Below are positions 11,616-23,600 of a stretch of 64,000 nt of DNA, piece after piece. The notes under the pieces were generated by a model. The model was not told the origin of the DNA. It saw only the letters and a list, made by a program, of their open reading frames with translations, and made no database searches. Position numbers and translations under genes: made by a program. Source of the DNA: an uncultured Methanoregulaceae archaeon (GTDB lineage: Archaea > Halobacteriota > Methanomicrobia > Methanomicrobiales > Methanospirillaceae); the NCBI GenBank assembly GCA_963717525.1, contig OY970343.1, positions 1,216,001-1,280,000 of the forward strand, written 5' to 3'. Within the stretch, counting starts at the first letter, position 1; each line of letters begins with the position of its first letter.

Positions 11616-11671
11616 GTTGGATGTACATCCAACAGTCACATGTACATCAAACTGTCGGATGTACACGTGAC
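11616..11671. repeat. Cluster of three TGTACA-centred palindromic/inverted repeats
   Basis: Perfect 18-bp palindrome GTTGGATGTACATCCAAC (11616-11633), plus the 14-bp inverted pair GTCACATGTACATC / GATGTACACGTGAC with 1 mismatch. Confidence 0.7.
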
Positions 11672-11810
11672 AATTCATTTTCGCAGCTGCAGACCTCATG
11701 CCGGGTCACCAGATTAAAAAGTGCGCCGGGTTTTGGATACTTTGACCGATGCAACTCCCGCGGCATGCCACAAAGCCGGTCGAACCAATCAAACGCTCGA
11801 AATAAAAAAA

Positions 11811-13274
11811 TTACTTCTGCTCTTTTGCGAATTTTTTCCAGACCTGCTCGCGGTAAACCGGGCCGCTGTTGTAGGTACAGAAGGGAATCAGTTTGCCATC
11901 CGGCGTTGCGTAATGGATACAGCACCGCTGGACACGTTCGATATCGTAATTATACTTGTCCATGAAATGCATCGTCCCGATGAAGAGCGCATTCCAGTGG
12001 AACTCCCTCAATGCATCGAAGTTCTGGCCGATCAGCGTCTTTCCGATCAGTTTCCAGAACTCCGCGGTGCTCCCCTTCTCGCCTTTCTTGAACGAGGCAT
12101 GGAGCTCCTTAACACCTTCGAGCAGGGTGGCATACTTGTTGATGGTACCACCTTTCTTAAGCTTGTTTGCCATCTGCTCAATCGCCGCAAAGAGGCTCTC
12201 CACGTCGACCATCCGGGTCACCGGCACCATGCCGTCCTTGGTGACAAACACATAGGTGGCCGCACCACAGTGCTCGTGAGCAGTGAAGCGAACCTGGGGA
12301 CGACCGGTGTAGGCCTCCACCAGATCGGAAAACGGCAGCACGCAGGGTACCGGGTAAAAGTCGCTCTTTTTTAATATTCCATCGGTCTGCGTTTCGATGT
12401 CACCGATAAGCTCGGGGATCGTGATCCGTTCCTTCTCAACATCCTCGTCCTTTGCCGCACCGGTAAATGCCACCGGCTGGAAGTTCACGCCCCGCACAAT
12501 CGAGATATGGTCAGCAGCAAATTTCAGGATCTCCCCGACTTCGTTGTCGTTTCTTCCCTTGATGATGGTTGGCACGAGCACCACGCCGAGACCGACCTTA
12601 TTCAGGTTTTCCAGCGCTTTTAAGTGGATCTTTAAAAACGGGTTGGTCGCAGGTGAGATACCGTCAAAATGCAGATACACCGTAGAAAGACCGACATCCT
12701 TGAGCTGCTGGGCAAGGGCAGGGTTATTGGCCAGTTTCACACCGTTTGTAGCGATCTGGACCTGCGGGAATCCCAGCTCTTTTGCTTTTTTGACGATCTC
12801 GACAAGATCGTCCCTCATGGTCGGTTCCCCACCGGAGAACTGCACGGCAGGAGCGGGCACCGGCTTCTCGTTCCGGAGCACCTGCATCATCTTGACGATC
12901 TCGTCAAAACTCGGTTCGTACACAAACCCGCAGGCACGGGCGTTGGCAAAGCAGAAGTCACAGTCGAGGTTGCACCGGTTGGTCAGGTCAATATTTGCAA
13001 GGAGCGTTCCTGAATGGTGGTTGCTGCAGAGGCCGCAGGCGGTCGGGCAGGTATCAGAAGTTACGGGATTCTGGGGATTGGTGACGCCACGACCGATTGC
13101 ATCATATCGTGCGAACCGGTGGTACATCTCCGCATCAGACCAGTACAGGTGCCGGAACTTCCCGTGCTCGGGGCAGGTCCGCACAAGCCAGATCTTCCCC
13201 TCTTCTTCTATGATCTCCGCTTCCAGAACTGATCCACAGACTGGGCAAAGGCTGCGTGTTTTTTTGATTGCCAT
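11811..13274 (-). CDS. tes: Tetraether lipid synthase (Tes/GDGT-MAS, MJ0619-like radical SAM)
   Basis: N-terminal SLCPVC...CPEHG, CPTACGLC, radical SAM CNLDCDFC, C-terminal RCCIHYATPDGKLIPFCTYN. Confidence 0.88.
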   Translation of the reverse strand: MAIKKTRSLCPVCGSVLEAEIIEEEGKIWLVRTCPEHGKFRHLYWSDAEMYHRFARYDAIGRGVTNPQNPVTSDTCPTACGLCSNHHSGTLLANIDLTNRCNLDCDFCFANARACGFVYEPSFDEIVKMMQVLRNEKPVPAPAVQFSGGEPTMRDDLVEIVKKAKELGFPQVQIATNGVKLANNPALAQQLKDVGLSTVYLHFDGISPATNPFLKIHLKALENLNKVGLGVVLVPTIIKGRNDNEVGEILKFAADHISIVRGVNFQPVAFTGAAKDEDVEKERITIPELIGDIETQTDGILKKSDFYPVPCVLPFSDLVEAYTGRPQVRFTAHEHCGAATYVFVTKDGMVPVTRMVDVESLFAAIEQMANKLKKGGTINKYATLLEGVKELHASFKKGEKGSTAEFWKLIGKTLIGQNFDALREFHWNALFIGTMHFMDKYNYDIERVQRCCIHYATPDGKLIPFCTYNSGPVYREQVWKKFAKEQK

Positions 13275-13400
13275 TTTTCCACCCGATGCACCAAGGACAC
13301 GACACTCTTTGGCTTTTAGAGTAACCTTAATCTTTTTATCTGCTCTTTATTAGAGGTATTGGAGTGCTACATTATTAGTGCTGAGTCATTCATAATACCA

Positions 13401-13934
13401 TTGCTCTCGACACTGCTCGCCGCATTCTGGATCATGGTCCCTGCCTATGTCCCTAACCCCGTCGCAGCACTCTGCGGCGGCGGTACACCTATTGATTTTC
13501 ACAAAAACTACGCTGACGGCCGCAGGATCTTTGGCGACGGAAAAACCTACCGGGGCCTCATGTGCGGGGTCCTGGCAGGTATTGCCGCCGGGGCACTGCA
13601 GATCTGGCTCGCCGGTGCATATGGCTGGACATTCCTCCCCCAGCATACCGCAGCCTCGATCATAATCCTCGCATTCGGGGCACTCCTTGGGGATATGGGA
13701 AAGAGTTTTATCAAGAGGCGCCTCGGGAAAGACCGGGGAGAATCGTGGCCGATTGCCGACCAGTATGACCTCGTTGCCGGTGCCTTTATCCTGATGCTGG
13801 TCTTTGACCCGGCCTGGCTCTTTGCAACCATCACGCTGCCAATCCTTATTGTCATCCTGATCCTGACGCCACTCCTCCACCGTGCTGTCAACATTATCGG
13901 GTTCCTGTGCGGGGTCAAGAAGGAGCCCTGGTGA
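13401..13934 (+). CDS. carS: CDP-archaeol synthase
   Basis: PAYVPN, GGGTPID, DGRRIFGDGKTYRG, GDMGKSFIKRRLG, DQYD, KKEPW. Start codon uncertain (13359-13434). Confidence 0.92.
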   Translation: MLSTLLAAFWIMVPAYVPNPVAALCGGGTPIDFHKNYADGRRIFGDGKTYRGLMCGVLAGIAAGALQIWLAGAYGWTFLPQHTAASIIILAFGALLGDMGKSFIKRRLGKDRGESWPIADQYDLVAGAFILMLVFDPAWLFATITLPILIVILILTPLLHRAVNIIGFLCGVKKEPW

Positions 13935-13940
13935 ATTCCC

Positions 13941-14444
13941 ATGAACGCAATAGCAGATCTCCTCATCAGGAACAAAGCCATCGAATTTGGTGACTTTACC
14001 CTTGCGTCCGGCGCAAAAAGCCGGTACTATGTCGATGTAAAGACCGCTGTCACGCATCCTGAATTTCTCGCGGCGATAGCACATGAGATAGCAGAACGGT
14101 ACGAGTTTGATGTCGTGGCCGGGGTTGCTGTCGGAGGGGTTCCTCTCGCAGTCGCTACGGCGCTCGCCGCAAAAAAACCCTTTGCCATCATCCGGGCCGA
14201 GGAGAAAGACCATGGCAAAAAGACCCCGATCATCGGGGACGTCGAAGGAAAGGAGGTCCTCCTTGTCGAGGATGTCACGACATCGGGAGGATCGGCATTA
14301 TATGGCATTACGATGTTGCGGGACGCGGGTGGCCGGGCAGACCGTGTCGTTACCGTGGTGGACCGGGAGCAGGGTGCTGAGGCAACGCTGAAAGCAAAGG
14401 CCATCGATCTCTTTGCGCTTGTCAGGGTCAGCGAAATTCTCTGA
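13941..14444 (+). CDS. pyrE: Orotate phosphoribosyltransferase
   Basis: FGDFTLASG, LLVEDVTTSGGS PRPP motif. Confidence 0.95.
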   Translation: MNAIADLLIRNKAIEFGDFTLASGAKSRYYVDVKTAVTHPEFLAAIAHEIAERYEFDVVAGVAVGGVPLAVATALAAKKPFAIIRAEEKDHGKKTPIIGDVEGKEVLLVEDVTTSGGSALYGITMLRDAGGRADRVVTVVDREQGAEATLKAKAIDLFALVRVSEIL

Positions 14445-14500
14445 ATGGATTGTTCCGAAGCATAAACCATTTTTAACAAACAGAACCCATGTGATGGATA

Positions 14501-15787
14501 ATGAAGATCCTCGTTGTCGGTGGTGGAGGGCGGGAACATGCGATAACATCTGCACTCTCACGCACCAGCGAGAATGAGATCTACTCCGTAATGGCAAAGA
14601 AGAATCCCGGCATTGCCCGGATCGCAAAGCAGATCTGCCTTGCACCGGAGACGGATCTGGCCCGGATCGTGGCATTTGCAAAAAAAACCGGTGTCACTCA
14701 TGCTATTATCGGCCCCGAGGCGCCACTCGAAGCAGGTGTAGTCGACCGGCTCTCTGCAGCAGGTGTCGCTTGTGTCGGACCTACCAGGGCAGCGGCACGG
14801 ATCGAGACGGACAAGGCTTTCTGCCGGGATCTCATGACGCAGTACAAGATCAGCGGGAACCCGGCCTACAGGGTGTTCCACGACACGTCAGAAGCGATCA
14901 CGTTTGTCAAGGACCATAACGGCGATCTGGCCATCAAGCCTATCGGCCTCACCGGCGGAAAAGGAGTCCGGATCATGGGAGAGCAGGTGAATCTTTCCGG
15001 CGCCATTGATTACCTGAGGGAGATCAACGGCGGGGTTGTTCTCGAAGAACGGCTGAAAGGTGAAGAGTTCACCCTCCAGGCATTTGTCGATGGATTCCAT
15101 ATCGTACCCATGCCGCTTGTCCAGGATCATAAAAGGGCATTTGAAGGAGATACCGGGCCAAACACCGGGGGAATGGGGTCGTACTCGATGCCGGACCACA
15201 TGCTCCCCTTCGTAAGCGGGAAGGAGCATACCGCAGCCCTCTCCATCATGGCTTCGGTCGTCGCTGCGATGGCACACGAAGGGTATCCCTACAAGGGGAT
15301 CCTGTACGGCCAGTTCATGAATGCCGCCGGGGGACCGAAAGTGATAGAGTTCAATGCCCGGTTCGGGGATCCCGAGGCGATGAACGTGCTTACGCTTCTC
15401 TCGTCAGACCTTACCGATGCGGTTACCGGTATCACTGAGGGTACACTCTCGTCATCGAAAGTTGCCTTCGAGCATGCGGCAACAGTCTGCAAGTACCTCG
15501 TGCCCGAGGGATACCCGGCAACCCCGATGGCCGGCAGACCGCTTGTCACCGGTGAAAAGGGCGATGCAATCCTCTACTATGCAAACGTGGAGGAAAGGGA
15601 TGACGGGCTCTTTACCCTCACATCGCGAACACTCGCATTTGTGGGGAAGGCAGATACACTTGCCAAAGCAGAACATATTGCAGAACAGGCTGCATCGGCA
15701 GTACAGGGGAATGTCCACCACCGCAGCGACATCGGGACGCAGGCGCTGCTCGACCGGCGGATCGCCCACATGAAGGAGCTGCGATGA
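14501..15787 (+). CDS. purD: Phosphoribosylamine--glycine ligase
   Basis: [43 protein letters not shown]. Confidence 0.97.
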   Translation: MKILVVGGGGREHAITSALSRTSENEIYSVMAKKNPGIARIAKQICLAPETDLARIVAFAKKTGVTHAIIGPEAPLEAGVVDRLSAAGVACVGPTRAAARIETDKAFCRDLMTQYKISGNPAYRVFHDTSEAITFVKDHNGDLAIKPIGLTGGKGVRIMGEQVNLSGAIDYLREINGGVVLEERLKGEEFTLQAFVDGFHIVPMPLVQDHKRAFEGDTGPNTGGMGSYSMPDHMLPFVSGKEHTAALSIMASVVAAMAHEGYPYKGILYGQFMNAAGGPKVIEFNARFGDPEAMNVLTLLSSDLTDAVTGITEGTLSSSKVAFEHAATVCKYLVPEGYPATPMAGRPLVTGEKGDAILYYANVEERDDGLFTLTSRTLAFVGKADTLAKAEHIAEQAASAVQGNVHHRSDIGTQALLDRRIAHMKELR

Positions 15788-16695
15788 AGAAAGATTTCCT
15801 CTCAATTCTGGATATCACCAAAACAGAACTCGGTGAGATCCTTTCCGACGCTGAGCGTCTCAAGCGCCAGAAGAGGGCGGGAGTACCTCACGAACTGCTG
15901 CGGGGCACGTCCCTTGCCATGATCTTCGAGAAGTCCTCCACCCGGACGCATATCTCGTTTGAGGTGGGCATGCATGAGCTCGGCGGCCATGCGCTCTTTT
16001 TGAATGCAAAGGATCTCCAGATCGGGAGGGGGGAGGAGATCCGGGACACAGCACGAGTCGCGTCCCGCTACGTGTCCGCAGTGATGATCCGTGCCTACCA
16101 CCACAGTACGATCGAGGAACTGGCGGAACACGCCACAATACCGGTCATTAACGGCCTCTCCGACCGGGAGCACCCATGCCAGCTCCTCGCCGATATCCTG
16201 ACCATCCGGGAACATTTCGGCGATGTCAGGGATCTCGGCGTCGCATGGGTCGGAGACGGGAACAATGTCTGCACCTCCCTTATTCTCTCGTCTGCCCTCA
16301 CCGGCATGTCTGTCACCGTGGCAAGCCCGGACGGCTATGGGGTGTCACCGGAGATCCTTTCACGTGCACGAAAACTTGGCGGGAAAGTGAAGACCGCTCC
16401 CTCACCGACAGAGGCTGTAAAGGATGCACACGTAATCGCCACTGACACATGGGTCTCGATGGGTGACGAAAAAGAGCGGGAGAAACGGCTTGCTGCGTTC
16501 CACGGGTTCACGGTAAACGACGATCTGCTCCGGCATGCAGCCCCGGATGCCCGGGTGCTTCACTGCCTGCCCGCCCACCGGGGCGAGGAGATTACCGGCG
16601 ATGTTCTCGATGGTCCCCAGAGCCTCGTGTGGGACGAAGCGGAGAACCGGCTCCATGCCCAGAAAGCGCTGCTGGTAAAACTCCTCAAAAAATAA
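15784..16695 (+). CDS. argF: Ornithine carbamoyltransferase
   Basis: [21 protein letters not shown]. Confidence 0.96.
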   Translation: MKKDFLSILDITKTELGEILSDAERLKRQKRAGVPHELLRGTSLAMIFEKSSTRTHISFEVGMHELGGHALFLNAKDLQIGRGEEIRDTARVASRYVSAVMIRAYHHSTIEELAEHATIPVINGLSDREHPCQLLADILTIREHFGDVRDLGVAWVGDGNNVCTSLILSSALTGMSVTVASPDGYGVSPEILSRARKLGGKVKTAPSPTEAVKDAHVIATDTWVSMGDEKEREKRLAAFHGFTVNDDLLRHAAPDARVLHCLPAHRGEEITGDVLDGPQSLVWDEAENRLHAQKALLVKLLKK

Positions 16696-16732
16696 CGATC
16701 ACAGGTGCCGCAGCATCACGGTTGACCGAAGA

Positions 16733-17008
16733 TTACTCCCCGATAAACTTGCGGACCTCATCGATCATATATTTCTGGACCTGTTCTGCAACATCGCGCC
16801 GGGCACGGAACGCAAGGAGTTCCCGCTCGTCCCCATCCATGTTGGCAAAATTGAGTATCTGTTTGCGCTCCACGACCTCGACATCAAATTTTTTTGCGAT
16901 ATCCAGAATAATGGAGCGGGGTACCCCGGGGGGAATCAGGACATCAAAGAGTTCTTCTTCGGGGATTGTGCTTTTCTGGTTCTGATCGGTTTCTGGCTGG
17001 TCTGACAT
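16733..17008 (-). CDS. Hypothetical protein (91 aa), downstream of marker 14
   Basis: Clean ORF starting 13 nt after the marker-14 stop. Confidence 0.75.
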   Translation of the reverse strand: MSDQPETDQNQKSTIPEEELFDVLIPPGVPRSIILDIAKKFDVEVVERKQILNFANMDGDERELLAFRARRDVAEQVQKYMIDEVRKFIGE

Positions 17009-17021
17009 AGTGGATCCACTC

Positions 17022-18521
17022 CTACTTACCTATTTTGATGCGCCTGCTCATAATACAGGGCCCGCCCCGTACCCCGCCGATGGGGTTTTTGGGTTTCCCA
17101 AGCGAGTTCATGCACCTTCCCATCAGGGAGGCACCACGGGCAAGGCCGTCATCCACGAAGACGAGATGATCGTTTGGCTCGTCAAAGAGGTTGCGCTCGG
17201 TGATCCCTTCCAAAATATATTCGGGTTTCCGTCCCGAGATTGCCGCCCGCCCGGTAAAACCGATCGATGCATTCCGCGGAACAAGGTGCTCTTTTACGGC
17301 AACATCGATAAGGCGGAGCGCCATCCTCGCACAGACACGATCGACCACTTCGTTGAGGACGGACAGGTTGTAGTTTTTGTGGATCTCGGCGCCGATCTCA
17401 AGGAGCTTATCGAGATCGCTGCTGTTCACCCCGCAGTCGCATCCGATCATGGCGATGTGTGACTCCTTCGCGAGCTTCGCGTTAACCGGCACCCGCCCGA
17501 ACCGGTTCCGGTCCGGCGGCACAATCCTGATATCGATGTGCTCATGGCACCGGTTGATGTAATCGTCTACGACCCTGCGGTTACCACCTGAGAAAAACCT
17601 CCCGCTCACGCTGTGCTCGCCGAAGATATCGAGGGCGGTGCCGGTCCGTTCCTGGACAAGGCCGGTTCCCCGGACAATCGCATCGGGAATCGCCCCGGCA
17701 AGGCCGCAGAAGTTCCCGATGGTCTTTGCAAACGGGTTGAGATCGTCAGCCTTGACATCACTGGTGATCCGCCCGTCAAGCGTCGTCCCGAAATCTACAG
17801 AGACACAGGGATTCCGGAAATCGACAGGCGTCCACTTTGCTCCTTCCTTGATCCCGGCCATCGCAAGTTCCCCCTCCATCTCATTTGCGACCATCTCGAC
17901 CCCGGTCGAACCCACAGGCGGGATCACCCCTGCAACAGCGCCGATAAAAACGACCTTGTCGGCAAAACTGAACGGCTGGAGTTTTTGCGACTGGTTGGCT
18001 TTTGTCATGGGTGGCGTCATCTTTCTCGGTGGGACCCCGGCGATCAGGCAGCCGTTTGCAAGCGCGATAACAAAATCCCCTATCTGATCCGGGGACTCCA
18101 TTTCGGCAACAACGCCTGTACTGCGGACAACAAAGTCGAGATCGGTCTGGATGTCAAGATGTGCCTCTTTGTGGCACTGGACAAGGGTATCCCTCACCAA
18201 TTCAGTGACGGCCTTGCGCGAGAGTTTTGTCCCGTCCAGCGTCTCGCCGAAGATCTCCTCGCCGGGCTTTGGCGGTCGTATATCCCGGCTCATGCTCACC
18301 GTCTTGTTGATGACATACGATTTGCCGGTTTCCAGGCTCACCCCGGTAAGGATGCACTTCGTGGTCGTGTTGCCCATCTCGACGGAGGCCACAATAAAAT
18401 AAGGTTTGTTCTTGTATTCCGGGATCTGCATTCCCGCACCGTGCGCGATCGAGGGGGGAGGAGGGCTTTCAACGATATGGGGCCGCGGTTTTACCCAGCG
18501 GCTGAAAAAACTGGCGCACAT
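17022..18521 (-). CDS. Methanogenesis marker 14 protein
   Basis: YFIVASVEMGNTTTKCILT, VDFGTTLDGRIT, VDDGLARGASLMGRCMNSLG. Confidence 0.88.
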   Translation of the reverse strand: MCASFFSRWVKPRPHIVESPPPPSIAHGAGMQIPEYKNKPYFIVASVEMGNTTTKCILTGVSLETGKSYVINKTVSMSRDIRPPKPGEEIFGETLDGTKLSRKAVTELVRDTLVQCHKEAHLDIQTDLDFVVRSTGVVAEMESPDQIGDFVIALANGCLIAGVPPRKMTPPMTKANQSQKLQPFSFADKVVFIGAVAGVIPPVGSTGVEMVANEMEGELAMAGIKEGAKWTPVDFRNPCVSVDFGTTLDGRITSDVKADDLNPFAKTIGNFCGLAGAIPDAIVRGTGLVQERTGTALDIFGEHSVSGRFFSGGNRRVVDDYINRCHEHIDIRIVPPDRNRFGRVPVNAKLAKESHIAMIGCDCGVNSSDLDKLLEIGAEIHKNYNLSVLNEVVDRVCARMALRLIDVAVKEHLVPRNASIGFTGRAAISGRKPEYILEGITERNLFDEPNDHLVFVDDGLARGASLMGRCMNSLGKPKNPIGGVRGGPCIMSRRIKIGK

Positions 18522-18638
18522 ATTCTAACGATCTGGTTGTTACGGGATATAAGTTTCTTTTTTACGGTAGATAATTCTGGATACGCCGGGTCTCGCGACT
18601 GATAAAAAAAGAAGATGGGATGGCCTGATTAAGGGAGG

Positions 18639-19850
18639 TTACTTTCTGACGGCATGTTTCTTGTTCTTCTCGGTCATGGCATGGACAAGGCGTGCCTGTA
18701 TCCCGAAGTAATGGGAGACGCCGATTGCATGGCACTGGTCGATGGACGCGCTGTCAAAGGAGACAAGATCCCCGGAGTAGATCGCCTGAGGGGAGCTGCG
18801 TCCGAGGACCCGGACAGATCCCTTGTAGAGTTCGAGATCGACGCTGCCGTTAACCCGCTCCTGCGTCGTGTCAATAAATGCGTTGAGCGCAGCATACAAC
18901 GGTTCGTAGACAAGCCCCATATAGGCAAGTTCCGACCACTTGTCGTCCACCATCCGCTTGAACGCAAGTTCCTGCCGGGTGAGGACAAGACTTTCGAGAT
19001 CGCGGTGAGCGGTGAGGATGACCGTTGCGGCCGGGTGTTCATAGTTCTCCCGTGCCTTGAGGCCGAGGATACGGTCCTCAATCATGTCATTCCTGCCGAC
19101 ACCGTGTTTACCGGCAAGTATGTTAAGTTTCTGGATCAGTCCATAGCAGGAGAGTTTTTTGCCGTTTAAGGCCACCGGAACCCCGCGGGAGAACGTCAGG
19201 CTGATCTTCTCCGGTTTTGCCGGGGCCTTTTCGGGGGAGACTGTCCACAGGAAGATCTCCTCGGGCGGGTAATATGCCGGATCCTCGAGCCGGCCGCCTT
19301 CGATGCTCCGGCTCCAGCAGTTCTCGTCCATGCTCCATGGCTTATCTTTTTTGACCGGTACCGGGATACGATGCTCTTTTGCGTACCCGATCTCCCAGTC
19401 ACGGGTCAGGTTCTGTTCGCGGATCGGCGCAACGACGTCAAGGCCGGCTGCGCGGATAATAAAATCGAACCGGAGCTGATCATTGCCCTTTCCTGTACAG
19501 CCATGGGCAACAGCGGTTGCCTTCTCTTTCTTTGCGATCTTTACCACTTCTTCTGCGATCAGGGGCCGGGCGAGCGAGGTGCCCATCGGGTAACCCTCGT
19601 AGGATCCGTTTGCCTTGATCGCCGGAAGGATGTGCTCCTCAACAAACCTTTCCCGCACGTCTATCGTATAATGGCGATCGGCAAGTTTCCGGCCTTTTTT
19701 CGTGGCCTCCTCGATCTCCTCATCCCTCTGGCCGACATTGACTGCAACCGTGACCACGCGATTGTAGTCATACCGTTCCTTTAAGAGAGGAATACAGATG
19801 GAGGTATCAAGCCCCCCGGAATATGCGAGTATGACGGTACCTTTTCCCAT
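18639..19850 (-). CDS. argG: Argininosuccinate synthase
   Basis: [28 protein letters not shown]. Confidence 0.97.
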   Translation of the reverse strand: MGKGTVILAYSGGLDTSICIPLLKERYDYNRVVTVAVNVGQRDEEIEEATKKGRKLADRHYTIDVRERFVEEHILPAIKANGSYEGYPMGTSLARPLIAEEVVKIAKKEKATAVAHGCTGKGNDQLRFDFIIRAAGLDVVAPIREQNLTRDWEIGYAKEHRIPVPVKKDKPWSMDENCWSRSIEGGRLEDPAYYPPEEIFLWTVSPEKAPAKPEKISLTFSRGVPVALNGKKLSCYGLIQKLNILAGKHGVGRNDMIEDRILGLKARENYEHPAATVILTAHRDLESLVLTRQELAFKRMVDDKWSELAYMGLVYEPLYAALNAFIDTTQERVNGSVDLELYKGSVRVLGRSSPQAIYSGDLVSFDSASIDQCHAIGVSHYFGIQARLVHAMTEKNKKHAVRK

Positions 19851-20012
19851 GATGGATACTCCCGTTGTCAGATCATCAGTTTGGACGTCTCACCATATAT
19901 TTGCAAAGGATATAAGTCGCACACGGAATCAATCCGTCATTCAAGGGGAAGAAAGCTAAGAACAAAAAGGGATCGTTCAGGAAAGATTCCCTGAACGCAA
20001 ATATCGCTTGTT

Positions 20013-20507
20013 TTAACTTACGACGATTTTCCAGACAGCGGATGGCTGGAATACCGTTACGTAATTATATGCTCCTTTCTGGCTAAATATGACGTTATAC
20101 ATCTGACCATATGGGATCATGACAGTGCCAAAATCTTGTGCATTATTCGTACTACCGGCAGACTGAATCCCGTGAGGCTTGAAGGGATCGTTGTTTACCC
20201 AGGAAACGGTTGTTCCCACCGGCACATAGAGGGTTCCAACGGGCGTTATGGTCAGATCCTGGGTAAAGGTAATTGTTACGACATTAGGGGTTGGCGCAGC
20301 AGTCGGTACAGCAGTCGGTACGGCAGTCGCATTTGCCGTCATATTGGGGGTAACAACCGGGGTCGGCATAGGGGTAGGAACAGGTGTGGCCGTTGTGGGT
20401 ACTGCAGTTGGCGTGGGCGTTGCGGCCGGGGTAGACGGCTGGGATGTGCATCCCGCAAACAGGATCCCGATGAACAGGACTACAAGAACAACAATTACTT
20501 TCTTCAT
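20013..20507 (-). CDS. Secreted lipoprotein-like protein with Pro/Thr linker and cupredoxin-like domain
   Basis: Signal peptide ...FAGC, PT-rich linker, VPVGTTVSWVNND..PH...GAYNY cupredoxin pattern. Confidence 0.75.
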   Translation of the reverse strand: MKKVIVVLVVLFIGILFAGCTSQPSTPAATPTPTAVPTTATPVPTPMPTPVVTPNMTANATAVPTAVPTAAPTPNVVTITFTQDLTITPVGTLYVPVGTTVSWVNNDPFKPHGIQSAGSTNNAQDFGTVMIPYGQMYNVIFSQKGAYNYVTVFQPSAVWKIVVS

Positions 20508-20635
20508 GCATGTTTTTTTGCTATCTCGGTATATAAGGATATTCTATTATTATACGGGTTCAGCCCGCTACCGGGTCACCTGCGCTTCTTCTCCCGGACC
20601 TGAAAAAAAGAAGAAGGAAAATTCGCTCGCCGGCA

Positions 20636-23600
20636 TTATTTAAGGTAATGGCTGATCGGTTCGAGAGTCATCTTCTCGCGCTTGATCGCATCGATTGCAA
20701 GTGCCGCTGCCCGCGCTGCCTGCAGGGTCGTAATATACGGGATTCCGAAGTCGACCGCCGCACGCATGATCTGGTAATGATCCTGGCGGGACTGGCGGTC
20801 CTGGGGCGTATTGATGATCAGCCGGATCTCGCCATGGTGCATCATGTCCAGCACGTTGGGGGAACCCTCCTGCACTTTCCGGACCAGATGCGCCTCCACA
20901 CCCGCATCATGCAGGTAATCTACGGTTCCTTCGGTCCCGTATAGGGTAAGGCCGAGATCACGCAGGCGCCGGGCGATCGGGATCACTTCATCTTTCTGGC
21001 CGATATTAACCGAGACAAAGACATTTCCGTTGAGCGGCAGCTCGTTATCTGCCGAGATGCAGGCCTTGTAAAAGGCAAGCCCGAAGTCATAATCTATCCC
21101 CATCACTTCCCCCGTACTTTTCATCTCGGGCCCGAGTATTGTGTCGACACCGGCCAGTTTGTTGAAGGGCAGGAGCACCTCTTTGACCGCCACGTGATTG
21201 ATCTTTTTCTCATGGAAATCCAGTTCGCGCAGTTTCTTTCCGATCATCACCTTTGCCGCAATCTTTGCAATGGGAAGACCGGTGGCCTTCGAGACAAACG
21301 GAACGGTGCGGCTTGCCCTGGGGTTGGCCTCAAGGATATACACGATATTGTCCTTTACTGCCATCTGGATGTTGACAAGCCCGACAACACCAAGACCAAG
21401 GGCGATCCTCCGGGTATATTCCCGGACAGTCGTAACAATCTCGGGAGAGAGGGACTGAGTCGGGATGACACAGGCAGAATCCCCGGAGTGGATGCCGGCC
21501 TGCTCTATATGTTCCATGATCCCCCCGATGAGGACCTCTTCTCCATCACAGACCGCATCTACATCGAGTTCAATGGCGTTTCTCAGATACGAATCGATCA
21601 ATACCGGGTGATGCCTGCTCACCCGCACGGCTTCTTTCATGTAGGTCTCGAGTTCGACCGTATCATGGACAATCTCCATCGCCCGGCCGCCAAGGACATA
21701 GGATGGCCGGACAAGGACCGGGTAGCCAATCTTCTCTGCCTTTTCCCGGGCTTCCGCCTCTGAATAGGCAGAGCTGTTGGCAGGGCTGGGGATCTGGAGC
21801 GTGTCCAGCAGGACGCTGAAACGGTCCCGGTCCTCAGCAACATCCATCGCATCCGGGGATGTCCCGAGAATTCGTGTGGGAAGGCCCCGCCGTTTTATCT
21901 CCTTTTCCAGAGGTACCGCCAGATTGACCGCGTTCTGGCCCCCAAACTGCACCATCACACCGTAATACTCGTCGGTCATGAGGATGTTGGTGACATCCTC
22001 AAGCTGCATCGGCTCAAAGAAAAGGCGATCGGAGGTATCGAAATCAGTGGAGACCGTCTCCGGGTTGTTGTTGACGATATGGACTTCCACTCCCTCTTCC
22101 CGGAGCGCTTTTACCGCATGTACCGTGCAATAATCGAATTCTATTCCCTGGCCGATCCGTATGGGGCCGGAGCCGAGAATGAGTATTTTTTGTTTCTTAT
22201 CTGGAACGATCTCGCTTGTGCTTTCCCATGTCGAGTAAAAATAGGGGGTGCTTGCAGGAAACTCCGCAGCACAGGTGTCCACCATCTTGTAGACCGGCAG
22301 TCCCACAAGACCCTCGATCACAATTGTTTCCTTACCGGTGAGCGCGGCAATCTCGGTGTTGGTGAATCCATAGGTCTTTGCAAGGAGGATATCCTCGTCA
22401 GTGCTGCCCGCAGCAAGACGTTTTTCCAGATCGACAATATTTTTAATCTTCTCAAGGAAAAATGGCACGATTGCAGTGAGATGTGCAATCTCCTCTAAGG
22501 AAAAGCCCTGCCGGAATGCATCAAAAAGACAATGGAAACGCTCATCGGTCGGGCGGGAGAGGATCATCCGGATCTCGCTCTGGCTCGTGTGCGTCCGGAC
22601 ATCGGTATCGATCGACCGCTTGGCCTTCATGAACGCTTCCTCAAGTGTGCGCCCGATCGCCATCACTTCGCCGGTACTTTTCATGGAAGTGGAGAGCGTC
22701 CGGTCCGCGCCCTTGAACTTGTCAAAGGGCCAGCGGGGAACCTTGACCACAATATAATCAATGGTTGGTTCAAACGACGCCGCGGTGCATCCGGTCACCG
22801 AGTTCTTGATCTCATCCAGACGCAGGCCGATCGCAATTTTCGCCGCGACCCGTGCAATCGGATAGCCGGTTGCTTTGGAAGCGAGCGCTGAAGACCGGGA
22901 TACACGGGGGTTGACTTCGATGACCCGGTACTCCCCTTCCTTAAACGCAAACTGGATATTGCAACCGCCCTGAACGTCAAGGGCCCTGATGATATGGATG
23001 GCAGCGCTGCGCATCATCTGGAACTCATCGTCACGCAGCGTCAGGATAGGAGCAACCACCACGCTCTCCCCGGTGTGGATACCCATCGGATCGACATTTT
23101 CCATGCTGCAGACAATGACACAGGTATCAGCAGAATCCCTCATCACCTCGAACTCGAGCTCCTTCCAGCCCATCACGCTCTGCTCGATAAGAACCTGGTG
23201 AATACGGGACCGGGAAAGCCCTAATTCGACGATCCGGGTCAGTTCCTCCCGGGTCCGTCCAATTCCTCCACCGGCCCCGCCCAGCGTGTATGCAGGGCGT
23301 ACCACCGCAGGCAGGCCGATCTTTGCGATCGCTTCATCTATCTGGCTTAAGGTGTTGATTACCGTGCTCCGGGGGACCGGTTCGCCGATCTCGTTCATGA
23401 GATCCCGGAATTTTTCCCGGTCTTCCCCCTTGTAGATCGCTTCGAGCGGGGTACCAAGGATCTCGACCCCTTTGAGCGCACCCATCTCAGCTCAGCTCTG
23501 CGGTAAGGTTGAGGCCGGTCTGGCCACCCATGCCGGAGAGAATGCCATCCGGCCGCTCTTTTTCGATGATCCGTGCGATGATATCGGCCCGGAGGGGCTC

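Noticed and set aside
20290..20430. Short tandem repeats GCAGTCGGTAC
   Set aside because: They simply encode the AVPT/PT linker of the surface protein.
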